Source of the DNA: Amphiscolops sp. MND2022
Taxonomy: Eukaryota
Direction of reading: 5' to 3'
Assembly (NCBI GenBank): GCA_964187785.1
Contig: OZ076413.1
Coordinates: 27,466,001 to 27,530,000 of the forward strand
Length of the DNA: 64,000 nucleotides
The number at the start of each line of letters is the position of its first letter. The first letter of the stretch is position 1. A model generated the notes under the pieces. The model saw only the letters and a program-made list of their open reading frames with translations, did no database searches and had not been told where the DNA came from. This document shows positions 13,433-25,865 of the stretch, piece after piece. Made by a program: the position numbers and the translations under genes.

Positions 13433-14291
13433 TACGTTTTTACGAGAGTTACCTTATTCTGACAGTACGCTATTCCGAAGTTCAACTTTAATAAGAAATT
13501 GAAACATGACGATTCGACCCATGATTGGGACCAAAATCTCTACACTTGCATTCTAACTTTCACATAGATGACGGCCCAGTGTTTCAAAATGAAGTTCATC
13601 AAACAGAAGTTTGTATATGTGTCCAATGCAACGGCATAACGGGGCTGGTGGCGCAGTTAATGGGGCGTGTAGTGAAGCTTGATGCGTAGTCTGTCACCTG
13701 ATTGATCCCCACCAAAATACACTGCCCGGCGACTCTATAGAGACAACTTTGTGTTCCTTCCAGATCAGATCGATTCGGTAAACGATATCTGTGTTATTCC
13801 CCTGCACAACGATAGGAAGGCCCAATTGAAGATTCACTGCGCCACTGCATCCCTTTTTTCTGTTTGGTAGTTCATCCTGTCTGAGAAGACTCACTCTATT
13901 AAATCAAACTCAAAAACTCAAAAATGCAAATATTTTGATTGATTTTGTTATTTATGAAATGAAGCATCACAAATCGACCCACAGTTGGAACCAAACTTTT
14001 TAAAGTTTCAATTTTCATGTTCCAATTCCCACAGCGGGCTGTCACAGTGTTTGAGTACCTGTTAAAACTACTATGTTTTAATTTTTCTGTTGAACTTTTC
14101 GAATTTTATGAAAATTTTGTAGTTTATGATTTTGTTAAAACGTTTTGAATTTTATGAAAAATTTGTAGTTTATGACACTACGTAAGGTAGTGCCTTTTCT
14201 AAATGCATATTTTAGTCGTGTCACAAATAGATCGACACTCGATAGATACCAAAACGAACTCGACAATCTGAACTGTCCTGGTCTCCGCGGA

Positions 14292-14797
14292 TTTTCAGTA
14301 CAAATTGACTTGCTCAAAGAAAGCAATGCGGAAAACAAGACCACATCTTTAAACACATGGCGTGGAAACAAAACACAAATCTTAATACATTGCGTTCTTT
14401 CACTCAAAGGGGTATACACATGAATGCGCGTGACCATAACTTTCCTGGTTTTCACAGTTTTTCAGTATAAACTGACTTGCTCAAAGAAAGCAATGCGGAA
14501 ATCAAGACCATTTCTTTGAACACATGGAGTGGAAACAAAACACAATTCTTAAAACATTGCGTTCTTTCACTCAAAGGGGTATACACATGAATGCGCGTGA
14601 CCATAACTTTCCAGGTTTTCACAGTTTTTCAGTATAAACTGACTTGCTCAAAGATATCAATGCGGAAAACAAGACCACATCTTTAAACACATGGCGTTGA
14701 AATCAAACACAAATCCTTATACATTGCGTTATTTCACTCAAAGGGTTAAACAAAGGATTGCGCGTGACCATAGCTTTCCTGGTTTTTACAGTTTTTT
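14292..14797. repeat. 167-bp tandem repeat, 3 copies
   Basis: GACTTGCTCAAAG recurs at 14307, 14474 and 14641. Confidence 0.95.
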
Positions 14798-16069
14798 ATT
14801 ACGCTGATACGCAACGCTGTTTAGCCACTAGAAATCATCCACGGTTGAAACCGTAAATTTCTTGATACGCGACGCTGAATAGTTTGGCAAAACAATGGGA
14901 TTTCTCTCCAACCCCCCACCGAATTAATTCCCCTAGTTAAGCGGTCAAAGGAAATGTTAACTGAATTCAAGGTAACCATCAATAAAATTGCAGTATTTTT
15001 TAACTAAATGTACCTAAAACTCATTGCTGATTGGACTGGGGGATTAGAAATTCCGCGCTTACTCTTTTTTTGGGTAGGGGGGGGGGGCGGGTTGTTGTTT
15101 GTATCAACAGAAAAGATCCAACGCTGATACGTTTTTGATACGCGGCGCTGATTTTTCATTTGAGGGCATTTTCTAATTTTATTTCATCAAGAAGATCATT
15201 TTGCAATTCACAGAATAAATTTGCAATTTTTGAATTGATCTTCGTTTCGACCCCCGATTGGAACCAAAATCTTTCATTTCCCAATCATGCAAGTCAATGA
15301 AATATTTAAATTTGTTCAAGTTGAAACTAAGGATAAAATAGATAATGGTATATACTGTGATGATACCAATTTAGGCCATTAATTTTCACTTGTTATATAG
15401 GATTATAGTTTTGCGTTATTATACCTTCCGTTGTTGTCCGCTGATATCTTTTTGATTAAGTTTTCTATTGAATTTGTGCTTTCGTGTTTGTGGGGGGGGG
15501 GGCGCTGTGGGCGATGAGGAACTGGCAACAAGGTGTCCCTGTAATTCCTTTTCATGTAATTCAAAAATCCTTTTCCAAAACAATTCAATTTATTCCAGTT
15601 GAAACTTAAGGACTAAACAGAAAGTGGAATGTTGTAATGGTATCGATTCGGAGATCTTTTTCGTTAGTATTCCCCTGTGAAATCTTTCCCATGTTAATAA
15701 GCTTCACAAGTCGACCCACGATTGGAACCAAAAAATCTCCAATTCCACTCTAATTAATCCAGTTAAATTTTCATTTTTTTCAATTTCATTGTAGTTGGTA
15801 GAAACGTATTATTTCGCTTTGTATTTCATAATAGTTTAAGTATATTCTACCATGGTATAGTAAAGTAATGAAAGAAACATAGCCCCAATGTAAAAATGAA
15901 AAGAAAAAAAGCCGTCAATTTTACGGAAAGTGGGACAATAAATGGTATTTATTTGTGGTAATTGATTTATAATCACTCTCTGGCTTTTTAAGTTTAATTT
16001 CGGCTAATTTAAAAGTAGGTGGAAACTGAGACGCTCAAATTTACAGCCAACTGATGGCTTAATATGCAT

Positions 16070-19000
16070 TTTTGTGGAAACCAAGACACGCAATCGTCGG
16101 CATATTGTCGGCGTATTCGCGGTCCCGGATTCCGCGAAAGTAAACCGGCTAACGTATCAACCCGTGTCCTCGGTTTCGGGAAAACGCAGATTTTCGAGGC
16201 GTGGTTTCCGCATATTTACCGCTAAATTACCAATTCTACACGCCTTAAGACATGTCTGCGGAATCGGATGGCCTACAAGAACAGAAAAGTGTCTCTAGCG
16301 ATTTAGCTTGTCTATGCACTGTAATGACAACCAACACACAAAAAGCACAAAAAATCAAACACTCGATTTAGATTGACCTCCGTCGAAAGTCTCAAAATAC
16401 GAAGCACCTCAGACATAGGAATAGAGGAACACGAAGATTTACTCACAAACGAAAAGTAATCATCAAAACACCCGGAACAGCCTAAACAGCTGATACTTAT
16501 GTGTCGTTGCTCAAGCAACGTGTCGAAACACCGGTCGTCAGCGATGACTCCAGCCAAACAGACTTTCGGAAATTCTAGCATGCTGTACGACTAAAATTAA
16601 GGCGACTAAATTAACCCACAAAATAAGTTCGGATGACATTTTGCATCCACATCAAGTCAAAGACGCGCATGACTAGTCGCACAGTTGGTACAGCCATCTC
16701 ACAATAGCTCAACCCACATCAGGGTAATCGTGTACGCACACGACGCCCAAATTGTAAATCGAGTCAAAACATGACAACGCGGTTGCGACGATACGGGACA
16801 AGCTTGACTGCCGTTGTTCTCCAGTCCACACAGCCCCGACATGCAGTTTTCACCTCTGAACAGTCCATGAGATGACAGTCAATTCTCCACAAAGATGACT
16901 CCCGAGCGAGTCTCACAACGACACGACACCCTCGGGTCAAGTCAATGAGCTTTTCAGGCACATACGGATACAAACCGTACAACACCAGACTCTGAAAGAA
17001 CAAGCATACGGTGAACTAAGAACCCACCTCAAACCACATACTGCTACAACGATACAGGAACCTAACGTTACAAGATCAATACAAACCATGCTTACATACC
17101 AACGTTCATGAACAATCCAACATTACCTTATATCACAACCACGATAGACGTAACCTAACGCAAAAACACTCTTAAGAATACTTACTTGGCACTCGAAGAA
17201 CGTTAAAGAACGCTCCATAAAATCTAGTTCACTCCTCATGCAAACAGTCCATCGATGCAACAACTGCAGCAGTCCACGAAAATCCGGCACCACCGAGAAC
17301 GCTCTCATAAAATGACAGAGCCGCAAATACGCCACTATTTCAGCCGACAAGGAAGGTCGCGCTTCCGCCCCGCCGGTACTTCTTCAATTGCTATCCGCTC
17401 GTCAACAGACAGCCCTAGAGCAGATTCCAAGTATACAGACGGTTCCACCATGCGGTGAAGGCGGCTCCGACTATCCTCTTCAGCCGATACAGACCGGCAA
17501 GACTTGTCGAGCAAGGGGCGGTAGGTTATATTGCGATATTTCTGCTCCAATCGCGTGTATTATGCTCCTTTTCAATGCCCCAGAGGTTGTTGAGCTCACT
17601 GCCAGCAATGTTTTCACGCACTTTACGCATAAGACAACAACCGTACCCGTCAATGACACGTTTGTGGCGCGGAAAGCCCACAAACAAACTGACCTCGCCT
17701 GACACGAAGTATGAAGGTTTTAATGTATTGAATTTCCGCTTTCGCACTGAAACAAAAACACGCCGCCGTAGTTTTCAAGCTGAGGTTCAGAAAAACGTTA
17801 TTATTTGGTTCCTAGTAATAGTGTATCTTGAACTTGAAGTATTGGATTATGATTATAGACTTCTTAAGACCTTAGTCTCTTTCAAGCTACACCTAAAACC
17901 CCTCAAGTGATCTTACGAGCTTCTTAATCGGTTTGCCTCCCGACGTTCACTGCAAATCAACTGGCCTCTCAGAGACCGCCAAAACCGATCGTCGCCAAAC
18001 ACAGTTGGTATCGATGACAGAGGACCGACAGAACCACCATATACTAGAGGCCAGGAGCTGCTCGACTACTGCTCCCCTGAGACACGAATTTCAGTTAAAT
18101 TTTCCCTCCAGAAGCACGAGCTCCAGATACTACAGCCTGGAGTACTTCCCAGAAAACCTCTATGGCCAACGCGCCAACGGGGTCGAGTTGACCCACTGAC
18201 GACTCCACTGCCGATTTCACCCAATTAGTGACGTCTTTCTCCAATTAAGCCTCTAATGGAGACCAGTGGGTGACGTATTCTGCGGACGACGTAGAAGCAT
18301 CTATAACAGAACACTAATCTGCCGTCTAACCGAATCTTGTACATAGTACATAGTGTGTTCGGCGAGTATCATCGCCTTTCAGCTCGGAAGTAATGTTACT
18401 GTTTTCAACACCCCCGCTCTAATTGACGCCGTGAATAAGGACAAAATGGACATCGAACATGCTACTAACCGACGCGAGGAGACAGAATATCGCCAAGACG
18501 ACCGAACACTTCAGTCGTTCCTCCAGATGTCATGTCTCTGGCTGACGCCGGAGACAATAAAACTTCAGAAATTTTACCAATGCCGACGGATTGGATTCTC
18601 CTGAAAGCGGAGAAAGTCAGTGCATAGTCGTAATTGGTCTCGCACCCCCTCGAACTATCTACACCTACAAAACAAAGTCCGGATATTAACACGCTCCAAC
18701 ATGAGACCAACGATGACAACTAACAGCATGTTCGTGACAAAGCGACAGCAACCCTCCTACCTTCGATGGATAATTCACACCGATGGCGAATGAAAAGGTA
18801 CAACTTACGAAAGTCTTCAGGTAACGCGATATACAGGAGGCTGTCCAATCCAGGACAAAGCGTAGTACCCAAACGCGCAGACAACTCACAGCATAAAGTA
18901 GTTCCTGTAATGTCAGCAACTAAATTAGCTACATTATCCAGCTGCGTTTAATCCGGATCCGATGGCATGTCTCATACGTCCACAAAGCAATTCTCAGCTT

Positions 19001-21053
19001 GAGTGATGATGGATAAAATATCGTCGTTAAATCCTCCCTCGTCAGGATTGGACATTAAGGACACCACAACCGGAACGTAAGAAGTGAACCAAATTCTTCA
19101 AGGATTACTCAAGAAGTCACTGTTCACTGATGACGACTAGAAAGGATCATGATTCCATTTCGTGACAATTGTGTGGACTGATCAACTAAACGATAATACT
19201 AACTGGAACACCCAAAAACTCTTCGAAAACAGAGGTATGCCACTCACCCTGACATTAAATATTCCATTTGTCAAATGAGCAAATTATACTACGCCCGATT
19301 ACCATAGTCGTCCTCACGTGACAGAATTTTGCAACGAGTTTCCTAACCTAATCCTCACAATCAGAGTGATGTCCTTTCTAGTCAACAGATAGAGCGAATC
19401 AAGAAACCAGCTAGCAGATTTCCAAAAAAAATGCCAATAGACCTCCGCGAAGTGGAAGTAGCGGTCGTCACAACAATACAAATTGACTAACTGAATTCAA
19501 CATTGACTGTAATTCAATTGCGTAAGGTGTACGTTCATCTTTCTAACTACCTGACAAACTTTCGCATTCAAATCAGTGCACGATTGCATGACGTGACTAA
19601 AACAAACAAACTTTACCACTATTAACTACTTCCGACTACTGCTGACGTCACTTTCATATTTGCTTACTTAGCACGACCATCTCCACGTTCCGCATACGCT
19701 CAATAATTTCCCTCGAAATGGACGACCGCTACACGCAGTCGTCATTGACAACTGACGACAAGAATCAGAACAAACACAAAGGCAGTCAACGCCCTCACGT
19801 CACAACTGGCTATACCCAGCAATCAATAACACTGAATGAATGAAACCCTAACTGCCTTTCATGCATCACCTACCCCTCTGCTGCTGAATTGTATACCACC
19901 GTACTTACTTGCTCTTTTTCAATAAGAGGGGAAGTGTCATGCCGGACAGCATGAAGGAATCCAACGAGGACTCATTCCAGTCGACAAAAACTCTAACTTT
20001 ATTCTCATGTGAACTAGTATTTCATGATTTATATCAAAGAAAGAACGACTGGCCTATCCCGTCGTCACTCACTTAGCATTTACATGCAGTTCGTCAAATC
20101 CCAATATTCAACATTGAAATCATTAGAGCATCGATTAGTACTTGTAACAGTTAATTTCATTCATCATTCATTGAAAACAACCAAGAGTAGCAATAGTCAT
20201 TGGCATATAGTGCGTCGACTTGCACACTTAGACAAATTCACGTTAACAATCACAAATTTCAGTCGTCATCAACAATTGGTGCGCTGATTTGTACCAACTA
20301 GATTTATGTAAAAGTCTCGTAGCCATAGTTACTACCATAATAATTGGTCGTAAATTAGTCGGTGCTAAAAAGAGGAAAGCTTTATGACATACATCGGTGC
20401 GACAACAGATGCGAAAGTACTCTGATGCCAATTAACGACGACTGAAGTAACCAGTCGTACAACACTTCATGAAGTGATGATTACTGGCTTAACAAGTAAG
20501 CCTGACTAAATAGAGGCATTCAATTAGGCGTTGCCAACGCGCAGCTAAGGATTATGAAGGTGCTATTGCGGTATTGAAACTAACCAGAAGACCATTTGTT
20601 ACCGTGATATTCAGAATTACTGCCTATTTTTGCTATTGAAATCTTCGATGTTCCAATTTAGTAAAATAAACATTATTACCTTCAAAACCTAAATTCACTT
20701 CAATTTGAAACGATAACCACCTCTTTCAACCATGGTAAATACCAGATCGCGAGCTTATAGAGAAAGTAGAATTGGGCAAACAGAAAAGGATAGATTCGCC
20801 GATGACGATAATGACAAAACTAGCGTTGCAGACCCTTATTAACGAATATAATTCCACGAAAATAACGAAAAGACTACGAGGTCTCTGGAAAGAGATCATG
20901 AAAAACACAGGATAAAACAAAGGTTCTCTGAAATGAACAGACAGATTGAGGAATTAACCAAAATGGTAAAAGCTTTTAGTGAAAAGCTGACAAACAGTAG
21001 GGAAGAGAGTGACCAAAACGTCAAAAACATTGAGACGTCGCTGCGTTCTGACA
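16070..21053 (+). mobile_element. 3' portion of a second LTR retrotransposon (element B): internal region, PPT and 3' LTR; 5' part missing
   Basis: PPT AAGAGGGGAAG (19924-19934) abuts TGTCA at 19935. Internal region is A/C-rich and higher in GC than its flanks. No gag/pol motifs found. Left boundary approximate. Confidence 0.65.
19935..21053 (+). repeat. 3' LTR of element B (1119 bp)
   Basis: Perfect inverted termini TGTCA...TGACA, preceded by a PPT. Contains a decayed ORF 20732-21053 (MVNTRSRAYRE...EMNRQIEELTKMVKAF...LRSD, two stops). Confidence 0.7.
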
Positions 21054-21949
21054 AGCTCCATGCGCAAAAAGCTAAGCATTAGGACTCGATATAAGGAGTT
21101 CATCATTAAAGGTAGCAACTTGCAAATACTGTGCAAAAATAATGTTTATTCACTTTCATCGATATTAGCATTAAGTGTATGCACTATTGGGTTTTCAGTC
21201 GTTATAGTCAATTCTTGCTTTTAAAGGTCTTGGCATCTACGGTTCAAAAACGTGTTTTACAAGTTGGTTGGGTAAAAATGGTTGATATCTACAATCAAAA
21301 CTTCTTTTCTGACAGTTGGAACCTTTTTCCACTGCAGCTGTTCAAAGACAGAGTAGTCCAAAACTTTCGCTTCATTCTTCTTATTTGGTTTGTTTCAATA
21401 CTATCTATCATCTAACTATCAACATAACTCAAATTTCGGGCTGATATTAACGATCAATGAGCGGCGAGCACAACAAGCAAAAACATTTTTTGGGAGTAAC
21501 TGTTACTTGAATCAAACAAATTCAGTTGCGCTTTTGGGAGCTCGATTGATTCAACAAAGGGTGGTAAGTGTAGCTCCAACCCTACTTTGCCTGGCAACTA
21601 CACCTTATAGGGCTGAAAGTGAAGCTCTTCGTCGGGAGTTCCATTCCAGATAAATTTGCGTTTTGAGACCAGCGATTGCTTCAATTTGTGCTGGCGTTAC
21701 CATTTTGGGCGAGTTGTCTCCTTACGTTCCAACTCTGTCCGAGGACATATCCAAAAATGAACTGGTGTCAGGGGTTGAGGAAAAGTCATCACTCACTCAA
21801 TGGTACCGCTAGAGTTGTCGCAGTAGTTGAATTTGTAATAGCAACGTGTGTCAGCAGGACAGACGTTGTTACGCGCGGTTTAGCGGCTAATTAAGGTCTC
21901 AGATCTTTACGATTTCACATTACAAAAGCGCGCGACTAGGGCCCTTCGT

Positions 21950-22560
21950 GTGTTTTTTTCGGACCTTGTCGAAGTTTCCGCTTTGCATGATTTTCAATAG
22001 GAATATGACGTCACAAGGATTGTAGCGTACGTTTTAGCAAATCATACAATGACTAACATATTGAGGAACGTTGTTGCTGATGCGAGGCCACTTATGCCGC
22101 TTCTGTCTCCCCGCAAGGACCTTGGTATTGCCTTCTTGTCTCATGGCATCGTGCAAATCTGGGCAAACTCTTGTGTTGGTATATATGGGACTTTTCTGTC
22201 ATGCATTAGCGTTCGTACAGAGGTCTCTGGCGTGAGAAATACTTCACAAACAGAATTCGTTTAGTTCTCATGGCATAATATATATATAGAATGCCGAACA
22301 TAGCCACACTGTTAGCATCTGTGTCACGGACTAACTCGCTTGTAACAGGTTGAGCAAGAGCGATATATTTGCCGATCGCGCTATTTGCCAGCAGTTTTCG
22401 TGTCATGTTTGATTTCTTCAGCAACGTATTCGATTTCAGACTCCATGAACTCAAAAGTTGCCATGGGCGGAGAATCGGAGCTATTAGCTTCGGAGCCGTG
22501 CAATTTTTTAATTCGCTTTCGGATAAACTGTTTTCCGAATACTGATCCGTAGAGAACAAA
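21950..22560 (-). pseudogene. Gypsy pol fragment (integrase HHCC zinc-binding region), element C
   Basis: Minus translation LHDAMRQEGNTKVLAGRQKRHKWPRISNNVPQYVSHCMIC matches a degraded H-X-H...W-P...C-X2-C integrase zinc finger. Confidence 0.65.
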
Positions 22561-24126
22561 AACTCAAATTTGATTAAGAGGTATATTTACAATAGGAGGT
22601 CATATCAGTTTTATCGTAGACAAAACAAACAGAATAAACAAAATTAGTTTTTTCTTATTAAATAATCATCTCGCCGTGCAATATTTGAACCAAATTAATT
22701 CGGGAGAAAAAAGGAGAAACACAGGTCGGTCCTCGCTGAAACATGATGCTGAACTGGTAATGACGCGTCGTTTCGCTTCGCTCCTGCATTTACGGCACTA
22801 AAAGTATGTGATCAAAGCTGGAAACGTCATCGTAAAAGTTTATTGATGCTATTTCCGAAATGTGTCTCTGCCCAACCAAATTTGGGAATGCGGTAGTTGA
22901 TCTTCTTCATTAGAACAAGTGGGAATCCCTTTTCGATAATAAACTTTCTATTTCTGCAAATGATTCTCATCTAAATAACGGCGGTATCATGTTCAAATTA
23001 GTTTTCGTTGTTGAAGCGAGTACAGATGAAAAAAAAGAAAGTTATACCAAATATTTTCTCCCAACAATCAGTTTTTTGTTTTCACATTTCGGTGAGAAAA
23101 AAAGGTTTTTTCAATACTGAAAAGTGTGATTGTATTTCTAGTCAAACGTCGAATTAGGATTGAGTCTTTTGGCAATATGATACAAACGAAAAATCTCGTA
23201 CGTATTTTCTCCAACTTTATGTCGCTTACAAAAAAAACAAATGTAAATGATTGCCGTTTTTCCAGTTTTTGGGAAAATAGATCAAATAGTCCCGAAAAAA
23301 AAAAACGTTCAGCAAGCAGATCGACGGACAAAAGCGAAGAAAAATATGCGGTTTTCATATTCTGTTTGCTTGCCGCCTACTTATTATCATAGTTTTCAGT
23401 GAAACGATCCCCGTTTGTTCCACTAGAAGACAGTGACAACACAGCTTGAACAATAGCATTAAAAAGTCAAGAAAGGCTGACTCTCATGAACCTTGTGTAT
23501 TCCAGAACACCGGATATGCCACATTAGGTGGGGAAAGCATATGTTAAAGCACAATGGTATCTAAAGGAATCAAATCTAAACTAATCCCACACTCCAATTG
23601 ACATAGATGATGCTGTTCTAACCAATCATACTGTTTTAGATACTATTCTTTCAGATACTATTCCCGTTTTTGTTTAATATTTTTTATTCAGATAGTTTTT
23701 TTAAATCAATTCAAAGAAGTATCCACTTTCGGGAATGACATCTAAAAAAACGGGAATAACGCCTAAAAAACGGGAGTAACGTCTAAAAAACGGGAATAAC
23801 GTCTAAACCTTTAGACGTTATTCTCGAAAATGATTTAAATTTAGATGTTATTCCAGTTTTTAATTTAGACGTTATTCCTTAGACGTTATTCCCGTCCGCC
23901 GCTGGCAATGATAAGCTATTAGAAACCGGGTCACATTAACTATGAATGGTGTTAAAAATTATCACGGCTGCAAAAAGTTTTTAAGAGCAAAAAATCATGA
24001 AATGTGTGTATATTCGCGTTAGAACTAAGATCCGTATTTGTGATTTCCTGTTTGATTTCCGTAACTTATGTAAAGGACTCTTTTGTGAAAAATTCTAAAA
24101 AGTAGAAAACATCGTGTCGTGGTATC

Positions 24127-24301
24127 GGGGAGCAGGAATAACGTCTAAGGAACAACGTCTAAGGAATAACGTCTAAAGCCAAGTCATGCTCAGTCATGCT
24201 TATTCCCAATCTTAATACATTGGATTTTAGACGTTATTCCTTTAGACGTTATTCCCGAAACACTTTTAGACGTTATTCTTTAGACGTTATTCGCGCCCCT
24301 A
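24127..24301. mobile_element. MULE MITE, 175 bp, TSD CGTGGTATC
   Basis: Identical 9-mers at 24118-24126 and 24302-24310; inverted arrays of motif A. Confidence 0.85.
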
Positions 24302-24323
24302 CGTGGTATCGATGGTGGACGCG

Positions 24324-25258
24324 TAGGGGCGCGAATAACGTCTAAAGGAATAACGTCTAAATTTTACTCATTTTTCGGGAATAACGTCTAAAGATTTAGA
24401 CGTTATTCCCATTTTTTTAGATGTTATTCCCGATTTTGAAATATTGTTTCTTGTGCTGAAAAGTTCTTCCCTTGGTCTAGTTTTCAGGTAATAACGTACA
24501 AAATCCAGAAAAAGCTCCTAAAATATCCGAAAGTCATCGAAATACGACTGAGAAACGGGAAAAACAAATTAAATTGGAAAAAATAAATCGTTTAAGATCT
24601 AAAACTAAAAAGTGATATATAATATAAAACGTGCTTCGGATATGTCCCCATTCCTTCTAGTGCCCCGCGGCCCCTTGGGGCCGCTTATGTTCCCATCTTG
24701 CTAAGCGAGGTCGAACAGGAGCAAAGACCTAGCGGGAACGGAGATCGCGAAGCGATTGTAGTGGGAGCTGGTCTTTGCGACGGTGAGGGCGAGCGTGCAT
24801 ACACCGCATATGCCCCACATTTTGATATTTTCGCTTTCAGCAAGCCTTTTTTGAAACAGGAATAACGTATAGAACTTTAGACGCTAGTCTCAAAAAATGA
24901 TTTATTTTAGACGTTATTCCCGTTTTATATTTAGATGTTATTCCCCAGACGTTCTTCCCGCTGCCACGTATTTTGATGATTTTTTCGCTATTTTAGACGT
25001 TTTTGCCAATCTTAGACGTTATTACCGTTTTCAAACGTATTTTGATCGTTTTTTGACATTTTAGGCGTATGTCATTTTTAGACGTTATTCCTCTTTTTAG
25101 ACGTTATTCCGCTTTTTAGACGTTATTCCACTTTTTAGACGTTATTCCCGTTTTTTTAGACGTTATTCCCGTTCATTTCAGATTTAGATGTTATTCCTTT
25201 AGACGTTATTCCCGGTGGACTTTTAGACGTTATTCCTTAGACGTTATTCCTGTTCCCC
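24324..25258. mobile_element. MULE MITE, 935 bp, TSD GTGGACGCG
   Basis: Identical 9-mers at 24315-24323 and 25259-25267; motif A TIRs; GC-rich core at ~24627-24820. Confidence 0.85.
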
Positions 25259-25267
25259 GTGGACGCG

Positions 25268-25716
25268 GGGGAACGGAATAAAACCTACGGAATAAGACCT
25301 AAATCGAAAATAGGAATAAGTTCTCAAAATTTAGGTCTTATTCCTACTTTTTGGAAAAAGACCTATTAACGGAATGAGACTTGAAATCCGGAACAAGACA
25401 TAAAAAAGTGGGAATAAGACCTAAAAACGGGAATAAGAGCTAAATGCGTAATGAGATCCAATGGTAGAACGGAATAGTATTTAAAGGAATAATATCTGAA
25501 GTTTTTTAAACTGTGAAACGTGCCCCCGATATTTCCCATTTCCTCTAGTGCCCCGCGGCTTGAAATGGTTTTTTTAAAATAGTTTTTTAGGTCCTATTCC
25601 GCACTTTAGGCCTTGTTCCTGGTTTTTTAGGTCCTATTCCACTACTTTTGAGTTTTAGGTCTTATTTCTTTAGGTCTTATTCCTTTTAAACATTTAGGTC
25701 TTATTCCCGGTCACCA
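25268..25716. mobile_element. MULE MITE, 449 bp, motif-B subfamily
   Basis: Termini GGGGAACGG...CCGGTCACCA; flanked by GTGGACGCG and GTGGACGTC (7/9 match). Confidence 0.7.
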
Positions 25717-25865
25717 GTGGACGTCAAGGAGGAACCGGAATAACGTCTAAGGAATATTTATGGAATAAACTACTGAGGACTTTATATAATGTCTAAGGAA
25801 TGACGTCTAAAAATAATCAATTTTCGGAAATAATGTCAAAAGTTTTAGACGTTTCACTTTTTAGA

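Noticed and set aside
13641-13714. tRNA-like 74-mer GGGGCTGGTGGCGCAG...GATCCCCACCA
   Set aside because: D-arm plausible, but acceptor, anticodon and T arms do not pair and there is no B-box; at most a decayed SINE head.
15072-15502. Poly-G runs as G-quadruplexes
   Set aside because: Simple homopolymers within old repeats; no further support, and length is error-prone.
19935-21053. LTR B as a solo LTR
   Set aside because: Flanks GGAAG and AGCTC are not a TSD and a PPT precedes it, so it is a 3' LTR of a truncated element.
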